A DNA stretch of 64,000 nt, taken from contig JBGGMJ010000188.1 of NCBI GenBank assembly GCA_041288095.1, positions 32,001-96,000 on the forward strand, read 5' to 3'. The number at the start of each line of letters is the position of its first letter. The first letter of the stretch is position 1. The notes beneath the pieces were generated by a model. The model did not search any database and was not told where the DNA came from. It was given only the letters and a program-made list of their open reading frames with translations. The position numbers and the translations under genes were made by a program. Positions 49,590-58,470 of this stretch are shown here, one piece after another. The stretch comes from Myxococcota bacterium (lineage in GTDB: Bacteria > Myxococcota > XYA12-FULL-58-9 > JALHOP01).

Positions 49590-51029
49590 ATGCCCGTCCC
49601 TGCTTCTCGCATTCGCGCCGTCAACGACGCGCCGGTTCGCCCGGACCGCGACTTCGTCCTCCATTGGATGACCGGCGTGCGCCGCATCGACGGCAACTTC
49701 GCGATCGACCGCGCCGTCGAGCACGCCAAGGCCTTGAACAAGCCGCTCCTCGTCTTCGAGGCCCTGCGCGCCGGTTACAAGTGGGCAAGCGACCGGCTGC
49801 ACGCCTTCGCCATCGCTGGGATGCGCGACAACGCCGCCCGCCTCGAGGGCACCGGCGTCGGTTATTACTGCTACCTCGAAGCCAAGCACGGCCACGCGCG
49901 GGGGCTCCTCGAACAGCTCGCGGGCCACGCCTGCGTGATCACCACCGATGACGTGCCGACGTTTTTCCTGCCCGCGATGGTGCAGGCCGCCGGCGCGAAG
50001 ATCGACGTCCGCCTCGAAGCCATCGACGGCAACGGGCTCTTGCCGCTGCGTGCCACCAGCAAGGTGTTCGAGCGCGCCCAGGATTTCCGCCGCTACATGC
50101 AGAAGACCGTGGTGGCCGAGCTCGAGCACACGCCGCGGGTGAATCCGCTAAAAGACACAGAGCTGCCCGCGTTCAAGCATCTACCGAAGGACATCGCCGC
50201 CAAGTGGCCGCACGGCTGTGACTTGCCGCTGGAGCGGATGGCCATCGACCACGACGTGCCCGTGGCGCGGCTCGAAGGTGGCTCGGTCCAGGGTCTCGCC
50301 ACCGCCAAGCAATTCATCGCCAAAAAGCTCGGCAACTACGGGGAAGGCCGCAATCACCCCGACGAGGGTGCCGCGAGCGGGTTGTCGCCGTATCTGCACT
50401 GGGGCTTCGTGGGGGTGCATCAGATCTTCGCCTTACTCGCCGACCGCGAAGAGTGGACCCCCGCGAAGGTCGGAAAGGCCAACGGCAAGCGCGCCGGCTT
50501 CTGGAACATGAGTGAAAATGCCGAGTCGTTCCTCGACGAGCTCATCACCTGGCGCGAGGTCGGCTACAACTCCGCAGCCCTGCGAGTCGACCCCGAGAGC
50601 TACGACTCGCTACCTGCATGGGCGAAGACGACGCTCGCCAAGCACGCCAGCGATAAACGCGAGCACAGCTACGACCTCGAAACTCTCGAGTCCGCTAAAA
50701 CGTATGATGAAGTTTGGAATGCCGCACAGAACGAGCTCCTGCGCGAAGGCCGCATGCACAATTATCTGCGCATGTTGTGGGGCAAGAAGATCCTCGAATG
50801 GTCGGAAACACCGCGGCAGGCGCTCGAGACGCTGCTGCACTTGAACAACAAGTACGCGCTCGACGGACGCAACCCCAACTCGACGAGCGGCATCTTCTGG
50901 GTGTTCGGCCGCTATGACAGACCGTGGGGCCCGGAGCGCAAGATTTTCGGCACGGTGCGCTACATGACCAGCCAGAGCACGCTGCGCAAGCTCCGCATGC
51001 GCGACTACATGGCGAAGTACGGCCGCTGA
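49590..51029 (+). CDS. phr: Class II CPD DNA photolyase
   Basis: SGLSPYLHWG, GRMHNYLRMLWGKKILEW, NNKYALDGRNPN and DRPWGPERKIFGTVRYM motifs. Confidence 0.9.
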   Translation: MPVPASRIRAVNDAPVRPDRDFVLHWMTGVRRIDGNFAIDRAVEHAKALNKPLLVFEALRAGYKWASDRLHAFAIAGMRDNAARLEGTGVGYYCYLEAKHGHARGLLEQLAGHACVITTDDVPTFFLPAMVQAAGAKIDVRLEAIDGNGLLPLRATSKVFERAQDFRRYMQKTVVAELEHTPRVNPLKDTELPAFKHLPKDIAAKWPHGCDLPLERMAIDHDVPVARLEGGSVQGLATAKQFIAKKLGNYGEGRNHPDEGAASGLSPYLHWGFVGVHQIFALLADREEWTPAKVGKANGKRAGFWNMSENAESFLDELITWREVGYNSAALRVDPESYDSLPAWAKTTLAKHASDKREHSYDLETLESAKTYDEVWNAAQNELLREGRMHNYLRMLWGKKILEWSETPRQALETLLHLNNKYALDGRNPNSTSGIFWVFGRYDRPWGPERKIFGTVRYMTSQSTLRKLRMRDYMAKYGR

Positions 51030-51032
51030 CGA

Positions 51033-51099
51033 GCTACTCGGGACGCCCCACGTGAGGGGGCGCCCGCGAGCAGCCTCGCCGGCGGTAATACTACCGGCG
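51033..51099. terminator. Two GC-rich hairpins between convergent genes (possible bidirectional terminator)
   Basis: Imperfect inverted repeats gctactcgggacgcccc/ggggcgcccgcgagcagc and cgccggcggta/tactaccggcg. Confidence 0.45.
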
Positions 51100-51279
51100 T
51101 CACAATACGGATCGTTTACCGCCCCGCATCATGCCCGAGACCAGCGAGACGATCGCCAGCGCCAGGAAGACGAAGAACAGGATCTTGGCGATCCCCGCGG
51201 CGCCTGCCGCGATGCTACCGAAGCCGAAGAACGCCGCCACGAGCGCGACGATGAAAAAAGCGATTGCGTAACCCAACAT
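51100..51279 (-). CDS. DUF1328 (YtjA-like) small membrane protein
   Basis: Sequence [35 protein letters not shown]. Confidence 0.9.
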   Translation of the reverse strand: MLGYAIAFFIVALVAAFFGFGSIAAGAAGIAKILFFVFLALAIVSLVSGMMRGGKRSVL

Positions 51280-51345
51280 CGCTATTACCCCCGTTGAAGT
51301 GGTGGCACCGGCCCGAGCTGGCACCGATTCCTTGACCCCATCCTG

Positions 51346-51362
51346 TGCAGCACATGTGCCAA
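51346..51362 (-). promoter_or_regulatory. Sigma54 -24/-12 promoter of the DUF1328 gene
   Basis: Minus strand TTGGCACATGTGCTGCA has exact GG-N10-GC spacing, about 66 bp upstream of the ATG. Confidence 0.65.
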
Positions 51363-51504
51363 AGGGTGAGAAACACCCAGGAACGGGCGAATCAGTGAGG
51401 CGGCGCCACGGCGCGTGCCCCATCCGACCCCAAAGCGCCCCACGCAGGCGACCGCCAAGGGTCGGGGTTCCACACGAAGCGGCGTCGTGCTACGCCAAAG
51501 CCCG

Positions 51505-52182
51505 ATGCAGCCCAACCCTTTGGTAGAGCCGACGTTTCTCGAGACCGTGAGTCATCACTGGAACGGCGGCGGCCCGTGGATGTACCCGATCGCCGTCGCC
51601 AGCATCTTCGCGATCGCTATCGCGTTCGAGCGTTTCGTGTACCTGTTCATGCAGGCACGGACCGACAAGGACAAGCTGGTGGGCGAGCTGCAGAAGTACG
51701 TGCTCGCCGGTGACCTGCGCGCCGCGACTTCGTTCGTCGCCGGCCAGAAAGCGACACCACTCGCTAACGTCATCAAGGCGGGCCTCGTCAAAGTGAAGAG
51801 CTCCGATGCCATCGTCCAGTCGGCCCTCGACGAAGCGACGTTGCGCGAGTTGCCGAAGCTCGAGCGGCGCACCGGCTATCTCTCCGTCATCGGCAACATC
51901 GCGACCCTGCTCGGCCTCCTCGGTACCATCGGCGGCCTCATTCAATGCTTCGCCGCGGTCTCCAAGCCCGGCGCCGATCCGACGCTCAAGTCGGCGGTGC
52001 TCGCGAACGGTATCGCCGAGGCGATGAACTGCACTGCTTTCGGTTTGATCGTCGCAATCCCGTCGCTCGTGGCCTTCGCGATCTTGAACGGCCGCACGCA
52101 GCAGATCGTCGACGAGCTCCACGAGACCGCGGTCTCGGTGATGAACCTCGTCGTCAACAACCGCGACAAGCTGCGTAACTAG
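51505..52182 (+). CDS. MotA/TolQ/ExbB proton-channel protein (AglR-like)
   Basis: GGPWMYPI, ATLLGLLGTIGGLI and GIAEAMNCTAFGL motifs. Confidence 0.88.
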   Translation: MQPNPLVEPTFLETVSHHWNGGGPWMYPIAVASIFAIAIAFERFVYLFMQARTDKDKLVGELQKYVLAGDLRAATSFVAGQKATPLANVIKAGLVKVKSSDAIVQSALDEATLRELPKLERRTGYLSVIGNIATLLGLLGTIGGLIQCFAAVSKPGADPTLKSAVLANGIAEAMNCTAFGLIVAIPSLVAFAILNGRTQQIVDELHETAVSVMNLVVNNRDKLRN

Positions 52183-52185
52183 CTC

Positions 52186-52728
52186 TTGGCGGGAATGGCA
52201 CCAGAGCAGTCGGGGGGCAGGCGCCCGGTCGATGCCGAGATCAACCTCGTGCCGTTCATCGATCTGCTCTGTTCGCTCATCGCCTTTCTCTTGCTGACCG
52301 CCGTTTGGGCGCAGATCGCTTCGCTCGAGCTCCAGCAGACGTCGACCTCTGACTCCATCGCGGACGAGCGCGAGACGCTGGGGCTGCGCGTCTTCGTCAT
52401 GGAGAAGGGCTTCAAGGTAGTCGGCAAGGACACCGAGGTGGATCTGCCGTGCTTGAAAGAGCCCTGTGTCGAACGCACGACTCCAGGCGCCACCGACTTG
52501 CGCATCGCCGGTCGTGAATCGCCGCGCGCGCAGAGCGGCATGGTGTCGAACTACGACTTCGGCCGCCTCGCCAGCCTCATCGCGGAGAAGCGTGCGCTCT
52601 TTCCCAACGACCGCGAAGTCTACATCGACGTCGCCGACGTCGTGCCGTACGACGACATGATTCGCACCATGGATACGTGCATGGCGGCGGGCCTGACCAG
52701 CATCGCGCTCGGAGGCTCCGCGCAATAA
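52186..52728 (+). CDS. ExbD/TolR protein (AglQ-like)
   Basis: INLVPFIDLLCSLIAFLLLTAVW and PYDDMIRTMD motifs. Confidence 0.85.
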   Translation: MAGMAPEQSGGRRPVDAEINLVPFIDLLCSLIAFLLLTAVWAQIASLELQQTSTSDSIADERETLGLRVFVMEKGFKVVGKDTEVDLPCLKEPCVERTTPGATDLRIAGRESPRAQSGMVSNYDFGRLASLIAEKRALFPNDREVYIDVADVVPYDDMIRTMDTCMAAGLTSIALGGSAQ

Positions 52729-53300
52729 TGCCGATCATCGTCCCAGGCCGTCGCATCGGCACCGCGTTCGCTTCGCACACCGTCGTCGCCAGGCGGCTCG
52801 CCAAGCGCCGGCGCAGCGTCTACGCGACGCTGCTCTTGACGTCGCTGGTCGACATGTTCGTCATCTTGGTCCTCTATTTGATTCAGCAGTTCAACGCGAC
52901 CGGTCAGATCCTGTTCATCGACCCGGACATCAAGCTGCCGAAGGCGCAGACCGCGAGCAGCCTGGTCGGCGCGCCGCCGGTCGTCACCATCGGGCAGTCG
53001 TCGATCACCGTGCAGGGAAAAGCCGTGGAAGACGCGACCATCCTCGCGAAGAACGGGGTGTGGGAAGCGCCGAAGCTCGAGCAAGCGCTGCTCGAGCTGC
53101 GCACGTCCGCGAAAGCGGTCCGTGACGTGAGCGCCGCCGCGCTTGCCGTGCCGGCGGACGAGACCCTCGTGGTGCAGGCGGACCTCGGTGTCCCCTACAT
53201 GCTGGTGAAGAAAGTCATCTTCACGGCGCAGAAGGCCGGCTTCACACGTGTCGATTTCGCGGTGCAGCAGGCGGCGCGCACTCCGCCCGTTACTCGATGA
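52728..53300 (+). CDS. ExbD/TolR protein (AglS-like)
   Basis: LTSLVDMFVILVLYL...FNATG, IKLPKA and VQAD..VPY motifs; TAATG overlap. Confidence 0.85.
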   Translation: MPIIVPGRRIGTAFASHTVVARRLAKRRRSVYATLLLTSLVDMFVILVLYLIQQFNATGQILFIDPDIKLPKAQTASSLVGAPPVVTIGQSSITVQGKAVEDATILAKNGVWEAPKLEQALLELRTSAKAVRDVSAAALAVPADETLVVQADLGVPYMLVKKVIFTAQKAGFTRVDFAVQQAARTPPVTR

Positions 53301-53559
53301 CGAAGCCGACGTTGTCGATGAAGCACCAGCTCCAGGTCTCACCCGGCTCGAGCGAGCTGATGATGGGGTGCTTGGTGGCCTTCCAGTGCTTGGTGGCGTG
53401 CTTGCTGGGTGAATCGTCGCAGCAGCCGACGTGACCGCAAGAGCGGCACAGGCGCAGATGCACCCACTGTCCGCCCGACGCCAGACACTCCTCGCAGCCC
53501 TTGGGGCCGCGTGGCGCATCGACGGTCATTTGCGCCAGGTGCGAGCACTCGTCGCTCAT
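53290..53559 (-). CDS. Stand-alone UBP-type zinc finger protein
   Basis: CSH, GCEECL, WVHLRLCRSCGHVGCCDDSPSKHATKH and EPGETWSWCF motifs; ATGA overlap with carF. Confidence 0.9.
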   Translation of the reverse strand: MSDECSHLAQMTVDAPRGPKGCEECLASGGQWVHLRLCRSCGHVGCCDDSPSKHATKHWKATKHPIISSLEPGETWSWCFIDNVGFVIE

Positions 53560-54323
53560 ACGCTCTTTGCCGCCTTGCGCGCGAGCGCGGCCTCGATGTG
53601 CTCGTGTTGCGGGCGCACGCCGGAGATGCGCGACACCACCCACTCGATCATCGGGAAGAGCCTGAGCCACTGCATGGGCCGGTCCATCCAGCCATTGGTG
53701 ATGCAGTAGTGGCGGGCATGGGGCGCCACGTGGTGCACGTCGTGGTGCTTCGGCGACAAGAGTAGGCCGGTCCGCTGGAGCAGTCTGACCAAGCGCGGCG
53801 GCGCGTCTGCGTGCGCCCAGGCGTGGAACTGATTGGTGCCGAACACCCAGAGCGCCACGCCGAGCGCGAAGACGCTGGTGAACAACCCAGTCTCGGGCTC
53901 CATGACGTCGCTCGCGTAGCCCGCCGCGAAGAACACCGGGATGCTGACGATGCAATTGTTGCCGTTCAGCTCGACGAAGTCGTGACGCGTGATGTCCTTC
54001 GGATCGACGTGGTGGTTGCGGAACGGTTGAATGAAGCCCGGCCCGAGGATGGGCCAGCTGGGGTCGCCCCAGTTGTCGGCAGCCCAGTGCACGAGCCCCG
54101 AGAACATGTCGGCGGCGAGCAGCGCCGCGAGGATGCCTCCGCCGAGCAACCAGCCCCATTGCGCCGGGTGGTGGACGCTGGCGTTCGCGTAGATGCGGTA
54201 CGAGGTCCAAGCCGCGAGGAGCATGAAGGCGGCGATGCCGGCGATCTCGAGGCTACGCTGCAGACGGCTGTATCCGTAGCTGCGTTGCTGCTCGGGTGAT
54301 GCGCCGTGAGGTGAAGCGGACAT
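53556..54323 (-). CDS. carF: CarF/TMEM189 plasmanylethanolamine desaturase
   Basis: ADMFSGLVHWAADNWG, FRNHHVDP..ITRHDFVE.NGNNC, TNQFHAWAH, HHDVHH and YCITNGW motifs. Confidence 0.88.
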   Translation of the reverse strand: MSASPHGASPEQQRSYGYSRLQRSLEIAGIAAFMLLAAWTSYRIYANASVHHPAQWGWLLGGGILAALLAADMFSGLVHWAADNWGDPSWPILGPGFIQPFRNHHVDPKDITRHDFVELNGNNCIVSIPVFFAAGYASDVMEPETGLFTSVFALGVALWVFGTNQFHAWAHADAPPRLVRLLQRTGLLLSPKHHDVHHVAPHARHYCITNGWMDRPMQWLRLFPMIEWVVSRISGVRPQHEHIEAALARKAAKSV

Positions 54324-54457
54324 CGCGAGAAAGTACCTTTCGCGCCGCTTTAAAGCGTTCGGAAGACGTTAGTGTCCACCAAATTCGGCGCCTGCGCATG
54401 AGCAAATCATCAGACCTCCGCCATGGACAAGGGTCTAGCGCGACTTACCCTGCCTGA

Positions 54458-56797
54458 GTGTCGCCGCGCGCTACCTACCGCCTCCAGCTCGGCCCTCACC
54501 TCGGCTTCGCCCAGGCCGCCGAGCTTGCGCCTTACCTCGCGGATCTCGGCGTCAGCCACGTTTACCTCTCGCCCCATCTCCAGGCAGCCGCCGGCAGCAC
54601 CCACGGCTACGACGTCGTCGACCACGCCAGGGTGAGCGCTGAGCTGGGCGGCGAGGTCGCGCACGAGCGCATGCTCACCGCGTTCGCAAAGCACGGACTC
54701 TCGGTGGTCATCGACGTCGTGCCCAACCACATGTCCATCGCCAAAGCGTCGGCGAACGCGTGGTGGTGGGACGTGCTCGAGAACGGCCGCGAAAGCCGCT
54801 GGGCGGAGTTTTTCGACGTCGACTGGGATCATCCCGAGGAGCGGCTGCGCAATCGCATCCTCTTGCCGGTGTTGGGTGATCATTATGGCCGGGTGCTCGA
54901 GGCGGGGGACATCGAGCTTGTCCGCGAAGACGGACGGGCCGTCGCGCGGGTCCACGAGCACGTCTTTCCACTTAGCCCGCGCTCCGTCGCCGAGCTGCCG
55001 CAAGACCTCACGCCCATCAACGCCGACAAGGAGCGCTTGCACGCCGTGCTCGAGCAGCAGAGCTATCGGCTCGCTTACTGGCGCAGCGCGCGCTACGACC
55101 TGGACTACCGCCGCTTCTTCGACGTCAACGAGCTCGTCGGCCTGCGGATGGATCGCCCTTCCGTGTTCGACGCGACCCACGCGCTGGTGTTGCGCTGGGT
55201 CGACGAAGGGCTCGTGACCGGCCTGCGCATCGATCATCCCGATGGGCTCATCGACCCGGTCGGGTATCTCGAGCGCCTGCGCGCCAAGGCACCGCACTGC
55301 TGGATCGTGGTCGAGAAGATCCTCGCGCGTGACGAGTCATTGCCCCGCACCTGGCCGGTTCAGGGCACCACGGGCTACGACTTCGCGAACCGCGTTTGCG
55401 GCCTCTGGATCGACTCGACGTCCGCTGGAGCGTTCGATGCCTTGTACGGCGAGCTTACCGGCGCCGCGGACACGAGCTTCGCGGCGGTCGCGACGACGAG
55501 AAAACGCCGCATCATGCGGGACGTGCTGGGGGCCGACGTGCGGCGGGTGGTCGAGCTCTTCATGCGGGAGTGCGAGAAGAATTTGGCCTACCGTGACACG
55601 TCGCGCGAGGAGCTGCGGCGCGCCGTCGAGAACCTCATGGTGGCGTTGCCGGTCTACCGCACCTACGTGCGGGAGGGAGTACCCCCTACCGAGAGCGAGC
55701 GCGCGCTGATCGGCGCCATGGTCGTCAAGGCCAAGGCGCAGTGCTCCGATTGCGATGCGCGGCTTTTCGATTTTCTCGAGAGCCTGTTGGCGACCCCCGT
55801 CGAGGCGACTCTCCGGTTCCAGCAAGCATCGGGACCCGTGACCGCGAAGGGGGTCGAGGACACCGCGTTCTTCGACCACCACCGCTTCATCGCGCTCAAT
55901 GACGTCGGCAACGATCCCGACGTCTTCGGCACGAGCACCGCGGACTTCCACGCCCACAACCTCGCAAAGCTCAGGGACGCGCCGCAGTCGATGCTCACGA
56001 CCTCGACCCACGACAGCAAGCGCTCGGAGGACGTGCGGGCGCGCCTCGCGGTGCTGAGCGAGATCCCCCACGAGTGGCGTGCCTGGGTGATGCGCGTGCG
56101 CGAGCTCACTGGCCGCTACCGGGTCGACGAGGTCGACGCCGGCACCGAGTACCACCTCTATCAAACCCTCGTTGGTGCCTGGCCCATCGGGGCCGATCGT
56201 GTCGCTACGTATCTCGAAAAGGCGATGCGCGAGGCCAAGGACAAGACGTCGTGGCTCGCGGTCAACGAGCGTTACGAGCACGCGGTGCAAGGGTTTGCCA
56301 AGCGCCTGCTGGCCGACGACCAGGTGAAGGGCGAGCTCGATGGTCTACGCGAGAGGATTAGCGGCGCCGGTGAGCACAACGCCTTGGCGCAAAAGCTCCT
56401 GACGCTGACGTCGCCGGGGGTACCCGACATCTATCAGGGTAGCGAGCGCTGGTACTTCGCGCTGACCGATCCCGACAACCGGCGGACGGTCGATTACAGC
56501 GAGCCGGAGGACGCCAAGACCGCCTTGGTGCGCAAGGCGCTCGCTGTACGTCGCGAGCATCCGCATTGCTTCGACGAGCGCGGCGGTTACGAGCCGATGT
56601 TCGCGGACCAACCGCGCATCGTCGCCTATCGCCGCGGCGAGCGCGTGTTGGTCATCGCGCAGCGCCTCCGGCTGACGCCACTCGAGGTCGAGCTCGTGCT
56701 CCCCGAGGGGACGTGGACCGACGCGCTGAGCGGCGAGCGTTACAGCGGACAACTACGCTGGCGCTCGAACGGCGCCATGCTGCTCGTCAGAGTCTAA
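54458..56797 (+). CDS. treY: Malto-oligosyltrehalose synthase
   Basis: ATYRLQ, GSTHGYDVVD, YRRFFDVN, GLRIDHPDGL, VEKIL and STHDSKRSEDVRAR motifs. Confidence 0.93.
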   Translation: MSPRATYRLQLGPHLGFAQAAELAPYLADLGVSHVYLSPHLQAAAGSTHGYDVVDHARVSAELGGEVAHERMLTAFAKHGLSVVIDVVPNHMSIAKASANAWWWDVLENGRESRWAEFFDVDWDHPEERLRNRILLPVLGDHYGRVLEAGDIELVREDGRAVARVHEHVFPLSPRSVAELPQDLTPINADKERLHAVLEQQSYRLAYWRSARYDLDYRRFFDVNELVGLRMDRPSVFDATHALVLRWVDEGLVTGLRIDHPDGLIDPVGYLERLRAKAPHCWIVVEKILARDESLPRTWPVQGTTGYDFANRVCGLWIDSTSAGAFDALYGELTGAADTSFAAVATTRKRRIMRDVLGADVRRVVELFMRECEKNLAYRDTSREELRRAVENLMVALPVYRTYVREGVPPTESERALIGAMVVKAKAQCSDCDARLFDFLESLLATPVEATLRFQQASGPVTAKGVEDTAFFDHHRFIALNDVGNDPDVFGTSTADFHAHNLAKLRDAPQSMLTTSTHDSKRSEDVRARLAVLSEIPHEWRAWVMRVRELTGRYRVDEVDAGTEYHLYQTLVGAWPIGADRVATYLEKAMREAKDKTSWLAVNERYEHAVQGFAKRLLADDQVKGELDGLRERISGAGEHNALAQKLLTLTSPGVPDIYQGSERWYFALTDPDNRRTVDYSEPEDAKTALVRKALAVRREHPHCFDERGGYEPMFADQPRIVAYRRGERVLVIAQRLRLTPLEVELVLPEGTWTDALSGERYSGQLRWRSNGAMLLVRV

Positions 56798-58179
56798 GAC
56801 GGGCGGCCATTGTTGGTGTGCGTCCAAGTCGTCGCCGCGGGCGTGTCCTTGACCCGGTTCTGCGCCGGGCGCCGCTCGCTTTCGCCCGACCACGGTTGGC
56901 TAATGATGCGCGAGCCGCGTGCGTTGCGCAGATAGACCCAAGCCCACTCCATGATGACCAGGAATCGGGTACGGAAGCCGACGAGGAAAAAGATGTGCAC
57001 GACCAGCCAGGCTAGCCACGCCATGAGTCCGCTCCAGCGGAGACCCTTGAACTGCATGACCGCGCGGGACCTGCCCACGGTCGCCATGATGCCCTTGTCG
57101 ACGTAGTGAAAGGGCCGGCGCGCCGGGCGCTGCCAGCTCGTGTTTTTGTCCTCGATATCGTCGTTACGGCGAGCGCGCGCTTCGCGGTCGATGAGCTTGG
57201 CGACGTGCCGGCCTTGCTGGATGGCGACCGGCGCGACTCCCGGCAACGCCTGCTGCCCGCCCTCGGGCACGAAAGCCGCGATGTCGCCGATCGCGAAGAC
57301 CTCGGGATGCTCGGGGAGGGAGCAGTCGGGTCCGACGATGAGGCGCTGCGTGTTGTCGCGTTTCGCGGCGATGCGCGTCGCGAGCGGCACGGGCGCGACA
57401 CCACTCGTCCACGCGACCGTGCCCGCCGGCACTTGCTTGCCGTCGATGATCACACCGTTGGCGTCGATGGCGCCGACCGAGCGGCCGAGCTGCAGCTCCA
57501 CGCCAATCTCCGCGAGCTGACGCTGGGCGGCCCGCGAGAGCCGTTCGTCGAAGGCGGTGAGCACGCGCGGCGATCGCTCGACGAGCACCACCCGCACCAT
57601 GTCGGGCTTGAGCGAGCGGAAGTCGCGCAGCAACACGCGCCGTGACAGCTCGCTGATGGCGCCGGCGAGCTCCACACCCGTCGGGCCACCGCCAATGATC
57701 ACCGAGGTGAGCAGCACCCGCCGCTTCTGCGCGTCCTCCGTGGTCTCGGCGAGCTCGAAATTGCGCAGGATGTGCTCGCGCAAGGCGATGGCGTCGTCCG
57801 CCGTCTTGAGGCCGAAGGAGTGGGCGGCCCAGGTATCGTGTCCGTAGTAGTTGGTGCGCGCGCCGGCAGCGAGCACCAGGTAGTCGTAGGGCAGCACCGC
57901 GCCGTTCGCGACTTTGACGTGGCGCGTTTCGAGGTCGACCCCGGTCACTTCACCGTAGAGGGTCCGGACGTTGGGCTGGCTGTCGAACACCGCGCGGATG
58001 GGGACGGCGATCTCCGGCAACGACAGGCCCGCTGTCGCCACCTGGTAGAGCAACGGTTGGAAGAGGTGATGGTTCGTCTGATCGATGAGGGTGACGTCGA
58101 CGGGCGCGCGCTTGAGGCCGCGGGCGAGGTTGAGGCCGCCGAAGCCGCCACCGACGACGATGACACGTGGACGACCCAT
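56794..58179 (-). CDS. ndh: Type II NADH dehydrogenase (NDH-2)
   Basis: GGGFGG, FQPLLYQVATA, GGGPTGVELAG, AIGD, APVAIQQG and YVDKGIMATVGR motifs. Confidence 0.9.
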   Translation of the reverse strand: MGRPRVIVVGGGFGGLNLARGLKRAPVDVTLIDQTNHHLFQPLLYQVATAGLSLPEIAVPIRAVFDSQPNVRTLYGEVTGVDLETRHVKVANGAVLPYDYLVLAAGARTNYYGHDTWAAHSFGLKTADDAIALREHILRNFELAETTEDAQKRRVLLTSVIIGGGPTGVELAGAISELSRRVLLRDFRSLKPDMVRVVLVERSPRVLTAFDERLSRAAQRQLAEIGVELQLGRSVGAIDANGVIIDGKQVPAGTVAWTSGVAPVPLATRIAAKRDNTQRLIVGPDCSLPEHPEVFAIGDIAAFVPEGGQQALPGVAPVAIQQGRHVAKLIDREARARRNDDIEDKNTSWQRPARRPFHYVDKGIMATVGRSRAVMQFKGLRWSGLMAWLAWLVVHIFFLVGFRTRFLVIMEWAWVYLRNARGSRIISQPWSGESERRPAQNRVKDTPAATTWTHTNNGRPS

Positions 58180-58396
58180 GGCGATGCCTCCGGTAGCCGA
58201 CCGCCGCGTTAGGTTAACACTCGCGTGTCACGACGGTAGCCGACTGGGGCATGACGCCGCCACCACGAAGCCGATTCAGCGTTGGTTGGGTCAAACAACC
58301 CCACGCCGGCCCGGCTTGCCTTGGCTCTTCGGCACGCCGCCGCCGCTAGAAGAGCGGAATCGGTTCGGAGAGGCTGTCCACGGGGTGTCACGGATG

Positions 58397-58413
58397 TTGG
58401 CTCGCCGATTGCT
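58397..58413 (+). promoter_or_regulatory. Sigma54 -24/-12 promoter
   Basis: TTGGCTCGCCGATTGCT has GG-N10-GC spacing and TTGC, 57 bp upstream of the ATG at 58471. Confidence 0.65.
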
Positions 58414-58470
58414 AGGGGCACGATCACGGGAGCTGCACCACAGCCGCTCCTGTCCGAGAAGGCAGTCAAT

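Noticed and set aside
48804..50129. Long antisense ORFs (e.g. 441 aa here; also 10380-11597, 51490-52725, 1005-2066)
   Set aside because: Shadow ORFs expected opposite high-GC genes; they carry no motifs.
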